Positions 23,497-34,983 of a DNA stretch of 64,000 nucleotides are shown here, one piece after another (the stretch's first letter is position 1; the number at the start of each line of letters is the position of its first letter). Source of the DNA: Nemertoderma westbladi (lineage: Eukaryota > Animalia > Xenacoelomorpha). The notes beneath the pieces were generated by a model. It made no database searches. It was not told where the DNA came from and was given only the letters and a program-made list of their open reading frames with translations. The position numbers and the translations under genes are program-made. Location: assembly GCA_032718475.1 (NCBI GenBank), contig JAUCBJ010002359.1, positions 1-64,000 on the forward strand, read 5' to 3'.

Positions 23497-25987
23497 CTGT
23501 ACCGTATTGTACAGTGAACCACTCTGCTGCTCGCTGTACCGTATTGTACAGTTAATCACTCTACTGCTGTACCGTATTGTACAGTGAACCACTCTACTGC
23601 TGTACCGTATTGTACAGTGAACCACTATGCTGCTCGCTGTACCGTATTGTACAGTTAATCACTCTACTACTGTACCGTATTGTACAGTGAACCACTCTAC
23701 TGCTGTACCGTATTGTTCAGTGAACCACTCTACTGCTGTACCGTATTGTACAGTGAACCACTCTACTGCTGTACCGTATTGTACAGTGAACCACTCTACT
23801 GCTGTACCGTATTGTCAAGTGAACCACTCTGCTGCTCGCTGTACAGTATTGTACAGTTAATCACCCTACTGCTGTACCGTATTGTACAGTGAACCACACT
23901 ACTGCTGTATCGTATTGTACAGTGAACCACCCTACTGCTGTACCGTATTGTACAGTGAACCACTCTACTGCTGTACCGTATTGTACAGTGAACCACTCTA
24001 CTGCTGTACCGTATTGTACAGTGAACCACTCTACTGCTCTATAGTATTGTACAGTGAACCACTCTACTGCTGTACCGTATTGTACAGTGAACCACTCTAC
24101 TGCTGTACCGTATTGTACAGTGAACCACTCTACTGCTGTACCGTATAGTACAGTGAACCACTCTACTGCTGTACCGTATTGTACAGTGAACCACTCTGCT
24201 GCTCGCTGTACCGTATTGTACAGTTAATCACTCTACTGCTGTACCGTATTGTACAGTGAACCACTCTACTGCTGTACCGTATTTTACAGTGAACCACTCT
24301 ACTGCTGTACCGTATTGTACAGTGAACCACTCTACTGTTGTACCGTATTGTACAGTGAACCACTCTACTGCTGTACCGTATTGTACAGTGAACCACTCTA
24401 CTGCTGTACCGTATTGTACAGTGAACCACTCTACTGCTGTACCGTGTTGTACAGTGACCCACTCTACTGCTGTACCGTATTGTACAGTGAACCACTCTAC
24501 TGCTGTACCGTATTGTACAGTGACCCACTCTACTGCTGTACCGTATTGTACAGTGAACCACTCTACTGCTGTACCGTATTGTACAGTGAACCACTCTACT
24601 GCTGTACCGTATTGTACAGTGAACCACTCTACTGCTGTACCGTATTGTACAGTGAACCACTCTACTGCTGTACCGTGTTGTACAGTGACCCACTCTACTG
24701 CTGTACCGTATTGTACAGTGAACCACTCTACTGCTGTACCGTATTGTACAGTGAACCACTCTACTGCTGTACCGTATTGTACAGTGAACCACTCTACTGC
24801 TGTACCGTATTGTACAGTGAACCACTCTATTGCTGTACCGTATAGTACAGTGAACCAATCTACTGCTGTACCGTATTGTACACATGTACAGTGAACCACT
24901 CTACTGCTGTACCGTATTGTACAGTGAACCACTCTACTGTTGTACCGTATTGTACAGTGAACCACTCTACTGCTGTACCGTATTGTACAGTGAACCACTC
25001 TACTGCTGTACCGTATTGTACAGTGAACCACTCTACTTCTGTACCGTATTGTACAGTGAACCACTCTACTGCTGTACCGTATAGTACAGTGAACCAATCT
25101 ACTGCTGTACCGTATTGTACACATCTACAGTGAACCACTCTACTGCTGTACCGTATTGTACAGTGAACCACCCTACTGTTGTACCGTATTGTACAGTGAA
25201 CCACTCTACTGCTGTACCGTATTGTACAGTGAACCACTCTACTGATGTACCGTATTGTACAGTGAACCACTCTACTGTTGTACCGTATTGTACAGTGAAC
25301 CACTCTACTGCTGTACCGTATTGTACAGTGAACCACTCTACTGCTGTACCGTATTGTACAGTGAACCACTCTACTGCTGTACCGTATTGTACAGTGAACC
25401 AATCTACTGATGTACCGTATTGTACACATGTACAGTGAACCACTCTACTGCTGTACCGTATTGTACAGTGAACCACTCTACTGATGTACCGTATTGTACA
25501 GTGAACCACTCTACTGCTGTACCGTATTGTACAGTGAACCACTCTACTGCTGTACCGTATAGTACAGTGAACCAATCTACTGCTGTACCGTATTGTACAC
25601 ATGTACAGTGAACCACTCTACTGCTGTACCGTATTGTACAGTGAACCACTCTACTGTTGTACCGTATTGTACAGTGAACCACTCTACTGCTGTACCGTAT
25701 TGTACAGTGAACCACTCTACTGCTGTACCGTATTGTACAGTGAACCACTCTACTGTTGTACCGTATTGTACAGTGAACCACTCTACTGTTGTACCGTATT
25801 GTACAGTGAACCACTCTACTGCTGTACCGTATTGTACAGTGAACCACTCTACTGCTGTACCGTATTGTACAGTGAACCACTCTACTGTTGTACCGTATTG
25901 TACAGTGAACCACTCTACTGCTGTACCGTATTGTACAGTGAACCACTCTACTGCTGTACCGTATTGTACAGTGAACCACTCTACTGC
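23497..25987 (+). repeat. 33-bp satellite (right block); about 295 units in both blocks together
   Basis: Resumes in register after the retrotransposon and ends ~60 nt before the next acceptor site. Confidence 0.98.
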
Positions 25988-26047
25988 ACTATGTACCGAC
26001 CGAATTGCACAATCTGCCATATTTAACTACTAAATATCGTATTTTAG

Positions 26048-26163
26048 ATCCACCGGTCGACGCCGACTCAATAAAGGAACACGCTGACACCGCCTTTACT
26101 AGAATGGATTTGGATAAGGATGGATTTGTTAGTAAAGATGAGTTCGATGAAGCTTGTCTGAAG
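26048..26163 (+). CDS. KCNIP: KChIP exon (EF4)
   Basis: ttag|AT CCA CCG... encodes DPPVDADSIKEHADTAFTRMDLDKDGFVSKDEFDEACLK with a canonical EF loop DLDKDGFVSKDE. Donor AAG|gtaagt. Confidence 0.93.
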
Positions 26164-26633
26164 GTAAGTAAATTATTTCTTAGCCTACCAGGTAGTAAAG
26201 TCTTCGGTACATAACTTAGTGCTATGGTAAACTAAATATTTAGAATATTAAATGCCGGCATTCGGTTATAACTAAATATTTGTTTCAATGTAAAACAATA
26301 AAATGTTGGATACTTTTTGTCCAGGCATAGCTTTTCTCTTTCTCCTGTAACTGTTGTCCTGTTTCCGGTACCTCTGATTGCTGATTCGTCTCGTCCCGGA
26401 ATATAATAATATACTGTTAACATACGAATATAGTAATAAGGATCTACATTTTGTGCAATTATTTGTGACTACCATTTTGTTACGTTGCCCTTTAAATGTG
26501 CACGAAAGGTAATATTTTTGATGTGGTCGGTGGTCATTAATTATTCATGTTTATAGCCAATCACATGTTGGTATTTATATCATTTGAAAGATCCGTATAA
26601 CTTTGTAGATTATTTATTGTAAGGAATTTTTAA

Positions 26634-26720
26634 ACGGGATTCCGATCCTGATCTCGAAAAATCGGGATCCCAGCGAAAAATGCAATCCCGATCCCGACTT
26701 TTTTGGAACGGGATCCCGAA
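26634..26720. repeat. Short cluster of CGGGATCCCG-like palindromic words, probably a MITE remnant
   Basis: CGGGATTCCG, CGGGATCCC, ATCCCGATCCCG and CGGGATCCCG within 90 bp. Confidence 0.4.
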
Positions 26721-26849
26721 GATTCTTAAGTAAATTTGTTAAATATCTTATAAATAGTTCTAGCGGAACTATTACTACTACTACTACTAGGATCGGCATG
26801 CTGCATTGCAGCTGTTTTATATATATATATATTACATATATTTTAAAAT

Positions 26850-28070
26850 TCTGTACCGGCTTGTCGACAAAATTGTGCCGCCACAACTCCCCATCACCCA
26901 TGACAATTGCTAGATCATCCGCATATTCAAGGCCAGTGTCGTTTAAGTTGCGTCTCAAGGAAGTTATGGGCTGTCCACCATGCTTATTCACTCCATGAGG
27001 CCGCCAAAGCACACGATTATGCACTGGGTGTTCCTCACGGCGAAAGCATTGTCCTGCAAAGCGGAGGTGGCTTTGTTCTAGTGTCAAGCTTGGGGGAACC
27101 AATGAGACACCTCCAATGTTATATAGTGTCTGGTTGGAGATGTGTGCATTGTACTTGACACAATGAACCCGGCGTAGCATTCTTGAGAATGTGCCATCCA
27201 GAGATTTGGTGTCCTCAGCAGTTAGAGCCCAGCATGGACTCCCATAGAGGAGTACTGAAACTAGTGCTGCTCTAAATAATCGGACCTTAAGTTTCCGATT
27301 AATTCTCGGTGACTTCCAATTTATGGATAGCCTATTCAAGGCTGCCCATGCCTTTCCCTTACATATTCGAAGGTCATCATCTGTCTTCCGGATCCATGAT
27401 CCCAGGTAATAGAAGTCGTAATAGAAGTCATGCTCAAGCATACCATCATTTGGGCTTATGCTCATCCGCTCAGAGACTTGCTGAGGACTTTCAAAGTTAA
27501 CTGTCAAAATTTTGGTCTTTTTTGGAGTTAATAAAAAGACCAACACTAGAAGCAGCATGTTCTAATGAGCTGAGGAGCCGTGGGCTCCATCTAGTGATTC
27601 TGAGAGTACTCCTAAGTGATCAGCAAAGTCTAGATCAGTTAGGTACTTGGCAGGATTTCCTCGACGTCTGGAGCCAATAGGTGGAGTTACCATCACCCCA
27701 TCATCATTATGATGATCTAAGGACATGCGTAGAACATAGTCAACCACAATTATGAACAAGAATGGCGCAAGTGTGTCTCCCTGGAGAACTCACCATAACA
27801 TTTCAAATGGTTCTGTGTCACCATCAACAGTAGATACAAATGTTGTCGAACCATCGTATACTGATCTGATTGCTGCAATAATTTCATCAGGAATCCCATA
27901 TAATGAAAGTATGCTGAACATACGTGAGCGAGAGACTGAATCAAAGGCCTTGAAGAAATCAACAAAGATAAACAGCCTGTCAGATAGATGCCTGTCTTTC
28001 TTTTTTGATAACTCTTCAATTATACTTCTAAGTGCCAAAATGGCTCCATGGTCCCAACGACCTTTACGCT
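26850..28070 (-). mobile_element. Decayed RTE-like LINE, reverse transcriptase to C-terminus
   Basis: Motifs FVDFFKAFDSV, LAPFLFIIVVDYVLR, DLDFADHL, FYYLGSWI, SVLLYGS, LRFAG spread over frameshifted ORFs. Confidence 0.87.
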
Positions 28071-28172
28071 TTCTCATTTTTCACCAGTTTTAGCTGTTTT
28101 TCTTGTTTATTTTCTAACTATTCATAAATAATCCCTAATAAATTGTGAAGTGATATTAATTTTGTATTTTAG

Positions 28173-28220
28173 AGTTGCGATGTTTCTAAGACTACGGGTA
28201 TATTCAACGCCTGTTTGTGA
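28173..28220 (+). CDS. KCNIP: Probable terminal KChIP exon SCDVSKTTGIFNACL*
   Basis: Acceptor tttgtattttag, phase 0. Its 15 aa have the same length and Phe position as the KChIP C-terminal helix (DENIMRSMQLFENVI type). AATAAA at 28801 and 29041. Confidence 0.7.
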   Translation, partial: SCDVSKTTGIFNACL

Positions 28221-28437
28221 CTCTAACGTTACCATGGCAACTTGTCCGATGAGACTTATCCGTTTGTTAGCATGGAAACATCCGCAGTTAAAATGTGCAG
28301 TGTTTATATCTAATTATGGTATTTATTTATTTCATTATTAGTACAGAACGATGACTACGCCATGCCTTCTAGGATGAACTTACTAATTCGTATTTATTAA
28401 AACTTATTAATTATACTCTGTAATTCGTTACTTATTA

Positions 28438-28584
28438 AGCCATTATATATCATTCATTGGTGTCATTCATCTTTATATCATGATTAACTCGTAATCTTAT
28501 TGGCTCAGCCATTATATATCATTCATTGGTGTCATTCATCTTTATATCATGATTAACTCGTAATCTTATTGGCTCAGCCATTAT
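28438..28584 (+). repeat. 69-bp tandem duplication in the probable KChIP 3' UTR
   Basis: AGCCATTATATATCATTCATTGG...CTTATTGGCTC repeated at 28438 and 28507. Confidence 0.9.
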
Positions 28585-29751
28585 TTCCTGTTGTCATTCG
28601 GTTGTTTTTTTCTTGACAACGTCATGCTTTTTACAAACACAGGTTGTTTGTTACCAAGGTTACACAGGTTGTTTGTTACCATATGTTTTTATGGAGTTAC
28701 AGGTACAATATCCATCCACTATTTGGTAATCAACCTCATTTAGGTCATATCTGGGCGATTTATTTTAGAGATTAATATTTAGTGCATTATGTACAAGGAA
28801 AATAAAATATTATAAGTTAGTATCACCATTTTCACACAATTTGTTTATTAAATGTTATTTGTGGCCGACAATATTGTTGCTAAGAGACTGGCCGTGACGT
28901 AATGTACTGCGTTTTGATTCGTTTAAACAATATGGTGTGCTAATATTGTATAATTTGTGATAAGTGAAGTAATATTTAAACAATTTGTTCAATTTGTTTT
29001 CATTGACATTATTATGTAGTGATATATTAATTGTTATTAAAATAAATTATAGTAATTAATTAATAGCTACTTTTATACATTGCTATAATAATTTTCACCC
29101 TTTTTATGTTGCGTTTTATAAGTTTTTAGGGTTGGTAAGTTAAATTTCGTACTATTCATTAAAACAAATTAATTAATATACCTTAATTATTATGGATCCA
29201 TTCACAAATATTTTCCCTGTTCCAGTTAAAATGTAACAATAAATAATACCGAACATTATTAATATAATACTGCACACATAATATATTTATTGTTATAATT
29301 AGTTGCTGATTGTATGTACTGTGAATGCTTATCATATTTAATTACATCAATTAATTAATTGGCCTCTAAAAATTAAAAAATATATATTTATAGTTCAATT
29401 ACGTCATTTGATGTAATTTTAATTGAATGTCTCACAACTGGTGCCAATAATTTCCAATCTATTGTACGTTTCTAATTTAGGTATGTATTGCGGAGCCACT
29501 AAGGGACACGGTATAGTTAACTCATTATTACATGGTAAATCTCTACGCACACAAGTTGTTCAATCCAACCCCCCCCCCCCCCCCCCCGTTCCCTCCCCTT
29601 AGTTTCTTAGATGGGTCGTCGCCTTTGGGAGACCGTCGACTGGTTTTCTCGTTGTGCTGCCACCGCCCGTATAGCCGTGTTTCTCTCGATTACAAAAATA
29701 AATACAAATAATATTAATAAATTATGATGGGATAGATTAGGGATTATCTAC

Positions 29752-31052
29752 TATGATGGGATAGATGAGCTTTAAACACTCAGGTATTTTAAAGACCTCA
29801 GGGGGAACACCATCTACTCCACTGGCACGATTGGTCTTAATGCTCTTTGCAGCAGCCTTCACTTCTGCAAAGGGAATATCTGGGAGTACAGACACGTCAT
29901 TATTGAGGAGCTTTTCAAAGTGTGCCTTCCAACTATTGTGGCGATCGGCTGGTGATTCAGCCTTAACCTTGGTGGTTGGTTGGCTTTTTCGACCAGCAAG
30001 CAAGTTGATCGATCTCCATGCCTGGGATGATTGCCTGCTGTCGTCAGCATCATTGATGGCATCAACCTGTTGGTTTATTAGCTCCTGTAAATTAACAGAG
30101 TACTGCCTGTTCAGGGACCTAGATGCAGCCTTAACTGCATTCTTGGCAGCTATAGTCTGTTTGAGTCGGGACTGTTTCTGCGCCTTGTAGAGGTCATTTC
30201 GGCACTTCTGAATTTTGTTGTCAGTCCAGGAGGCCCCTTTCCTGTTTCGAGGGTATACAGGAACTGTTTATGCAGCTGCTAACTTAACTGCCTCTGTGAA
30301 AGCAGTATAGCCCTCACAGTGATCTGCCGCCTCAGAGTCACGAACCTCATACCTGTTGCTCAGCTGTAGTGTGAAGCTGGATCTCACACTTGGCTGTTGC
30401 AACAGAGAGGACCAGTCATGCCGCTGCAAGACAGATTTCGTTGTTCTGCTAGCACGCAGACTAAGTCTTACCTTGGCCACAATAAGGCGGTGATCACTGG
30501 AGAAGGGTCGAAGTGTAAATGCATTACAGTCTTGTATAGAGCTCCTGTATTTCCTACGAAACAGAATATGGTCTATCTGGGACTTGTGACCACTGGGTCC
30601 ACTATGAGTCCTTAGCTTTCCAGTTCGCTTCTTGAACTGGGTTCCAGCCGAAAACAATCCATTTCCAGAGATAAAATCATGAAGATGGACGGAATTTCGG
30701 TTAACACTATTGCTATAGACCCAGGGCGATGTAGGTGATTGATGCAGACTTGCATTAAAGTCTCCCAGGAATGTTAAGAATGCATGCTGATCCACTCCAT
30801 CAGTAGCTGCTTGTAGATTCTGGTAGAAATTTTCCACCTCCTCCACAGGGGCAACACTAGTTGGAGAGTAGCACACAATCAGAACCACCTTAGGAAACTA
30901 CTTAGCCAGTCTTCCAGAACATGAGAAGTGGCAACGGATGATGCTGTTAGAGATTTGGTCTATTTTGTCCAATGCTGCATGTGCAGTTGGATTCATCAAT
31001 AGACCAATTCCACCATTGCCACTATCATCTGCTGACGCGAGGGCGAGTCGCC
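29752..31052 (-). mobile_element. RTE-like LINE endonuclease and linker region, the host of the Polinton (continues at 49610-49730)
   Basis: Motifs CYSPTS, LGDFNA, SQIDHIL, SDHRLIVAK, ASGVDGVPPEVFK; contains stops and frameshifts. Confidence 0.88.
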
Positions 31053-31438
31053 AGTAGTATATAATTGTGTGACATGGCTTCATGGTCACCCGTAGCCCAT
31101 CATTACCATCCATTTCTAGTACTGCATCCAATCAGAAGCCACCATTTCAACCTTTAGCAGTAGTCGTTATTATTTCAACCAATCAGATGTCAGCATTTCA
31201 TCCGTAACCATGGTAACTTCTCAAGTTCCCGCTTATTCCGCTAGAGGCGTTATTAGTCACCCAACGCTAGTACTGCATCCAATCACCAACCTTTATTTTA
31301 CAGGTGTTCGGGTGTCTACACTTAGCATCAGGTAACTTCTACTATTTTTCAAATCGCAATTTTTCACCAACCTTTATTTTACAGATGCTAGGAGTGTCTA
31401 CAAGTAACGTCTACTATTTTTCAAATCGCTATTTTTCA
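31053..31438 (+). repeat. Polinton left terminal inverted repeat
   Basis: Reverse complement of 49224-49609 with about 3 mismatches seen by eye; contains ~80-bp subrepeats and CCAATCA boxes. Confidence 0.95.
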
Positions 31439-32109
31439 GCAACCAGTATTTTCATATTCACCAACCTTTATTTTACAGACGCTAGAGGTGTCTACACTTA
31501 GCATCAGGTAACGTCTACTATTTTTCAAATCGCTATTTTTCACCAACCATTGCATATTCATCTTCGCGTAGCCTAACCTCTCGACGCATGGCTAGCCCCC
31601 CAACACATCACCACTCGATCCAGGCTGTTACCCACCCACCAACCAACCAACAGCGATGCTTGCCTAACCCGCCATTTTACCACCACCGCCACGCTACCAC
31701 CACTGTATACTGTATATGGTGACGACGTGACCATCTACACACACACATCGCACATATATTATATTATATCGATTGCCAACTCCTTGACTGCTGTCGTCAA
31801 ATCAACAAACCAACCAGTATGATACATGAAATTCCGCCACGTTCCAGCTACGTGTATACGAGCATTAGTGATTAGTATTATTATTACGCAGAACCAAATA
31901 ATTTTTGATTATACAGTAGTTCCCTACCGGCTAATCAACCAATCAATAAATCGAATTTAGACTATTTCTCAGTTTAAGACCTGTATTATTTTTGAAAATA
32001 TCTTATATATAATCTCTTGCTTTAATCACAATTAATCATTTGTAATGGTTTTAGTTTAAAAGTTTTTACTTTGTTTGTTTGATTTACAATAAAATAAATT
32101 AATTAAATA

Positions 32110-32553
32110 ATGTCTTCTAATTCCGATATGGTTATGCCAATAGTAAGGCATTCATTTTTTGCAGAAGATGGTGAAGCCTATATTGTTATTGATTATACAA
32201 TTTACCGTCGGGGAGATGATAAATATAAAATTGAGTTTTCTGAAAAAGCCAGGAAAGTTTTAAGCTCAATTGATATTGATGCTTCTGATAATAGTATTCA
32301 TCTCTTAGATTACAACCTGAAAGTTGAGCATGAGGGAAAATTAATCAATATCTTACTATTATCCATGATAGAGGGGTTAATTGTTATTACACAATACAAC
32401 GAAGCTGGTGAAAAGTTTGAAATACGGCTAAATCGGCATAGCCCCTACGAAATTATGTCTTTCTTTATTGTAATGATTTCAAAAGAATCCTTTGTCGAAA
32501 CTGAAGAATCAACAGATAATGTTGAATATGTTGATAATATCATTGATTCTTGA
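32110..32553 (+). CDS. Polinton hypothetical acidic protein, 147 aa
   Basis: ATG-initiated ORF in AT-rich context (AAATAATG); no recognised motif. Confidence 0.55.
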   Translation: MSSNSDMVMPIVRHSFFAEDGEAYIVIDYTIYRRGDDKYKIEFSEKARKVLSSIDIDASDNSIHLLDYNLKVEHEGKLINILLLSMIEGLIVITQYNEAGEKFEIRLNRHSPYEIMSFFIVMISKESFVETEESTDNVEYVDNIIDS

Positions 32554-32711
32554 CTTTCCCGCTATATTATAAATATTTTATGATTATTTATAAAATTTTG
32601 ATGTTTTTAAATAATCGAAAATTGTAGTAGTAATTGTATATACAGTATAACAGATTTGTTTGTTGTTGTGTATTGAGGTAATTATTTTCAATTTACTTTA
32701 AAATTTGGAAA

Positions 32712-33164
32712 TTGGATATTTTAAATGAAAAATGTCCAGTTTGCTATTCTAAGTTATTGCAACAACATCGAGATTATTATAAATGTGAAAATAAACATGC
32801 AACTTGCGTACAATGTATTGTACAATATTCCGAAATGAATAATTATTGTTCTAAAATTTGTCCTATTTGTCGCGCACCCATATCTAAGTTTAATATAAAG
32901 TTGGCAAGATACCAACCCTATTATTGGAAAGAGCTTCGCAATATAACTTATATTTCTGCGGAAAGTAATGATCCAGGAGATTTATTTACAATATTGGAGA
33001 ATATTTTTTATAGAAATGTAGTACGACGGTGTTGCTACTATATTCCTTATTTTTTTAGCAGCGAACATAAAAAAATCATTAGCGCGAAATTCTCGGGAAG
33101 TGATTTCCAAACCGCCGATGTTACCTATCATTATTTCGCGTATAAAGATGCTCACCATGCTTGA
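32712..33164 (+). CDS. Polinton RING-finger (C3HC4-type) protein; start codon uncertain
   Basis: CPVC-x13-CENKHATCVQC-x-CPICR; no in-frame ATG before the RING (the ORF track uses TTG). Confidence 0.75.
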   Translation: MDILNEKCPVCYSKLLQQHRDYYKCENKHATCVQCIVQYSEMNNYCSKICPICRAPISKFNIKLARYQPYYWKELRNITYISAESNDPGDLFTILENIFYRNVVRRCCYYIPYFFSSEHKKIISAKFSGSDFQTADVTYHYFAYKDAHHA

Positions 33165-33348
33165 AATTACATTGAAAATGAGTCTATACTATAATTGGAA
33201 ATAGCACCTTTTGTTGCAGCGAGCGTCACATACTGTAGTTGTGTCATATGTTAATTAAATATACAGTACTCTAATATTTTAGTTGCCTCAATTATTGTTA
33301 TATACATAGTAATGGTGATGGTTTATTGATATTGATATTTATATTATA

Positions 33349-34983
33349 CTAGAAAGCCCGTGGCCTTCGGCCACGGCTTTCTAGTTCACAAGCTTCTATA
33401 ATCAATCAATCAATGGACAATATCAAACATAAATAAATTAATTAATTAACTTAACAAAACTTTACATACGACTAACAGACTGATCCCGTTTTAGTTGCAG
33501 CTACATACAATAATAAACATAAGGCTTTATGTTGTAGTAGATACCTCCCAAGTAACACCTCCAATGGATTACAAATAATAAAATGGGAAAAGGTTTAAAC
33601 TGTGTGTGATATTTCCCCCTTAGTGGAAAACTGTATAACTGCAGAGTAGTGGTTAGCGTCCTCGCAAACATAATCTATAGTGCAGTAGGTCACTGCAGCA
33701 ACTCTATCGTATTAAAATGGAAGGTTTTAATTTCAGACATTTCGCCCCCTAGTGGCAGACTGCATAATTCTGCACTGGTTAGCGTCCTCCCCAAACACGA
33801 AGACTATGGTGTAGTAGTCCTCTGCCAAGTGCCAAGTATCAGCAAAAAAGCATTCATAAACAACAAAATTGTAGGTTTCCTCTTTTAGACAATTCATCCC
33901 CTAATAGCGGATGACTGGGGAACTGTAGACGATTCTGTGACTCCGTATGGTGTAGTAGATAGCTACCAAAGCATTAAAAACAACCAAATGAGATCAGGTT
34001 TTCACTATCGGACAATTCGCCCTCTAGCGGCGGACGGTGGAACTTCAGACGGCTCTGAGTATTACTTTGCAACGAGTTTGGGCGAGACCTTTCTAACAAG
34101 CTATATAATAACATAATAGCTATATAACTAACAAAACAATAAACTAACACAATAGAACAGGTTCCAGTTTTATTTTTGAGAATAATCAGCTGTTATTTGC
34201 GTCGAATTTCCCCTGGAGAGGGATGAATTAGTATTGCCCCTATCTGAGCCGATGATAAACACACACCCACACCAGACAGATAATAATCGATATTTATATT
34301 TAATAGATTTTAAATGTATGTATAATATTAGATAAAATAATAATACAGTAAGTAGGCCTACAGAAATTATCACTTTTAATATTCAGAACAGTAAAATAAT
34401 AAAAAAACTAAAATGTTATAAACCTCTCTTTCCACGCAGCCATTATTGATTGAGAAAGCAGAATTAGTCTTGGCTTGCTACTTACCTGTGCCCAGCCAGC
34501 TACGAGTTCAATAATTACCTAACGTTGCTATGATACAGATAAAAATCCTTCCCTATTCACTAACAATAGGCCCATTCGATCCTGCATGTCGAATATGACA
34601 TATTTATACACTATTTGATTTTTAATCAATAAATAATCATGCATATTTATATTAAACACTCGAATAAAATAAAAACTTTGTGAGAATGGGACACGGCGAA
34701 TCTACTCATGTTAATTTTATACCAGGTGGGATAAATGTTACCCCTCTAAATAATTAATTACCGATAGAAGAACCGAAATAATTCGATAAATTTCGCCCGA
34801 ACGAACACAAAATACGCATTCACGCAAGCAAACGCGTGAAATTAGCCTCGAGATAGCGATAGTTTACGTGCTCAGGACGAGAGCTTTCGATTGATGTATC
34901 ATTTGCTCAGATTGGTGCATGTGTGTCGGAGCGTATAGCTTGGACAGACTCACAGGCAGACAGAGGATATTTATATATATAGA
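33349..34983 (-). mobile_element. Non-autonomous Helitron, unit 1
   Basis: Minus strand starts TCTATATATATAAATATCCTCTGTCTG and ends with hairpin GCCGTGGCC-GAA-GGCCACGG then CTTTCTAG|T. Confidence 0.85.

Noticed and set aside
22422-23522. A satellite-derived start making a fused 366-aa gene
   Set aside because: The first residues come from the 33-mer by chance with a non-ATG start; the rest is a 5'-truncated retrotransposon ORF.
15051-26033. Dozens of ORFs with repeats such as YSEPLYCCTVL and NHSTAVPYCTV
   Set aside because: Artefacts of a 33-bp unit (a multiple of 3) lacking stops in several frames; they lie inside a KChIP intron and are broken by 37-bp variants.
31304-31501. ORF mirrored at 49092-49358
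   Set aside because: Both are translations of the TIR subrepeats.
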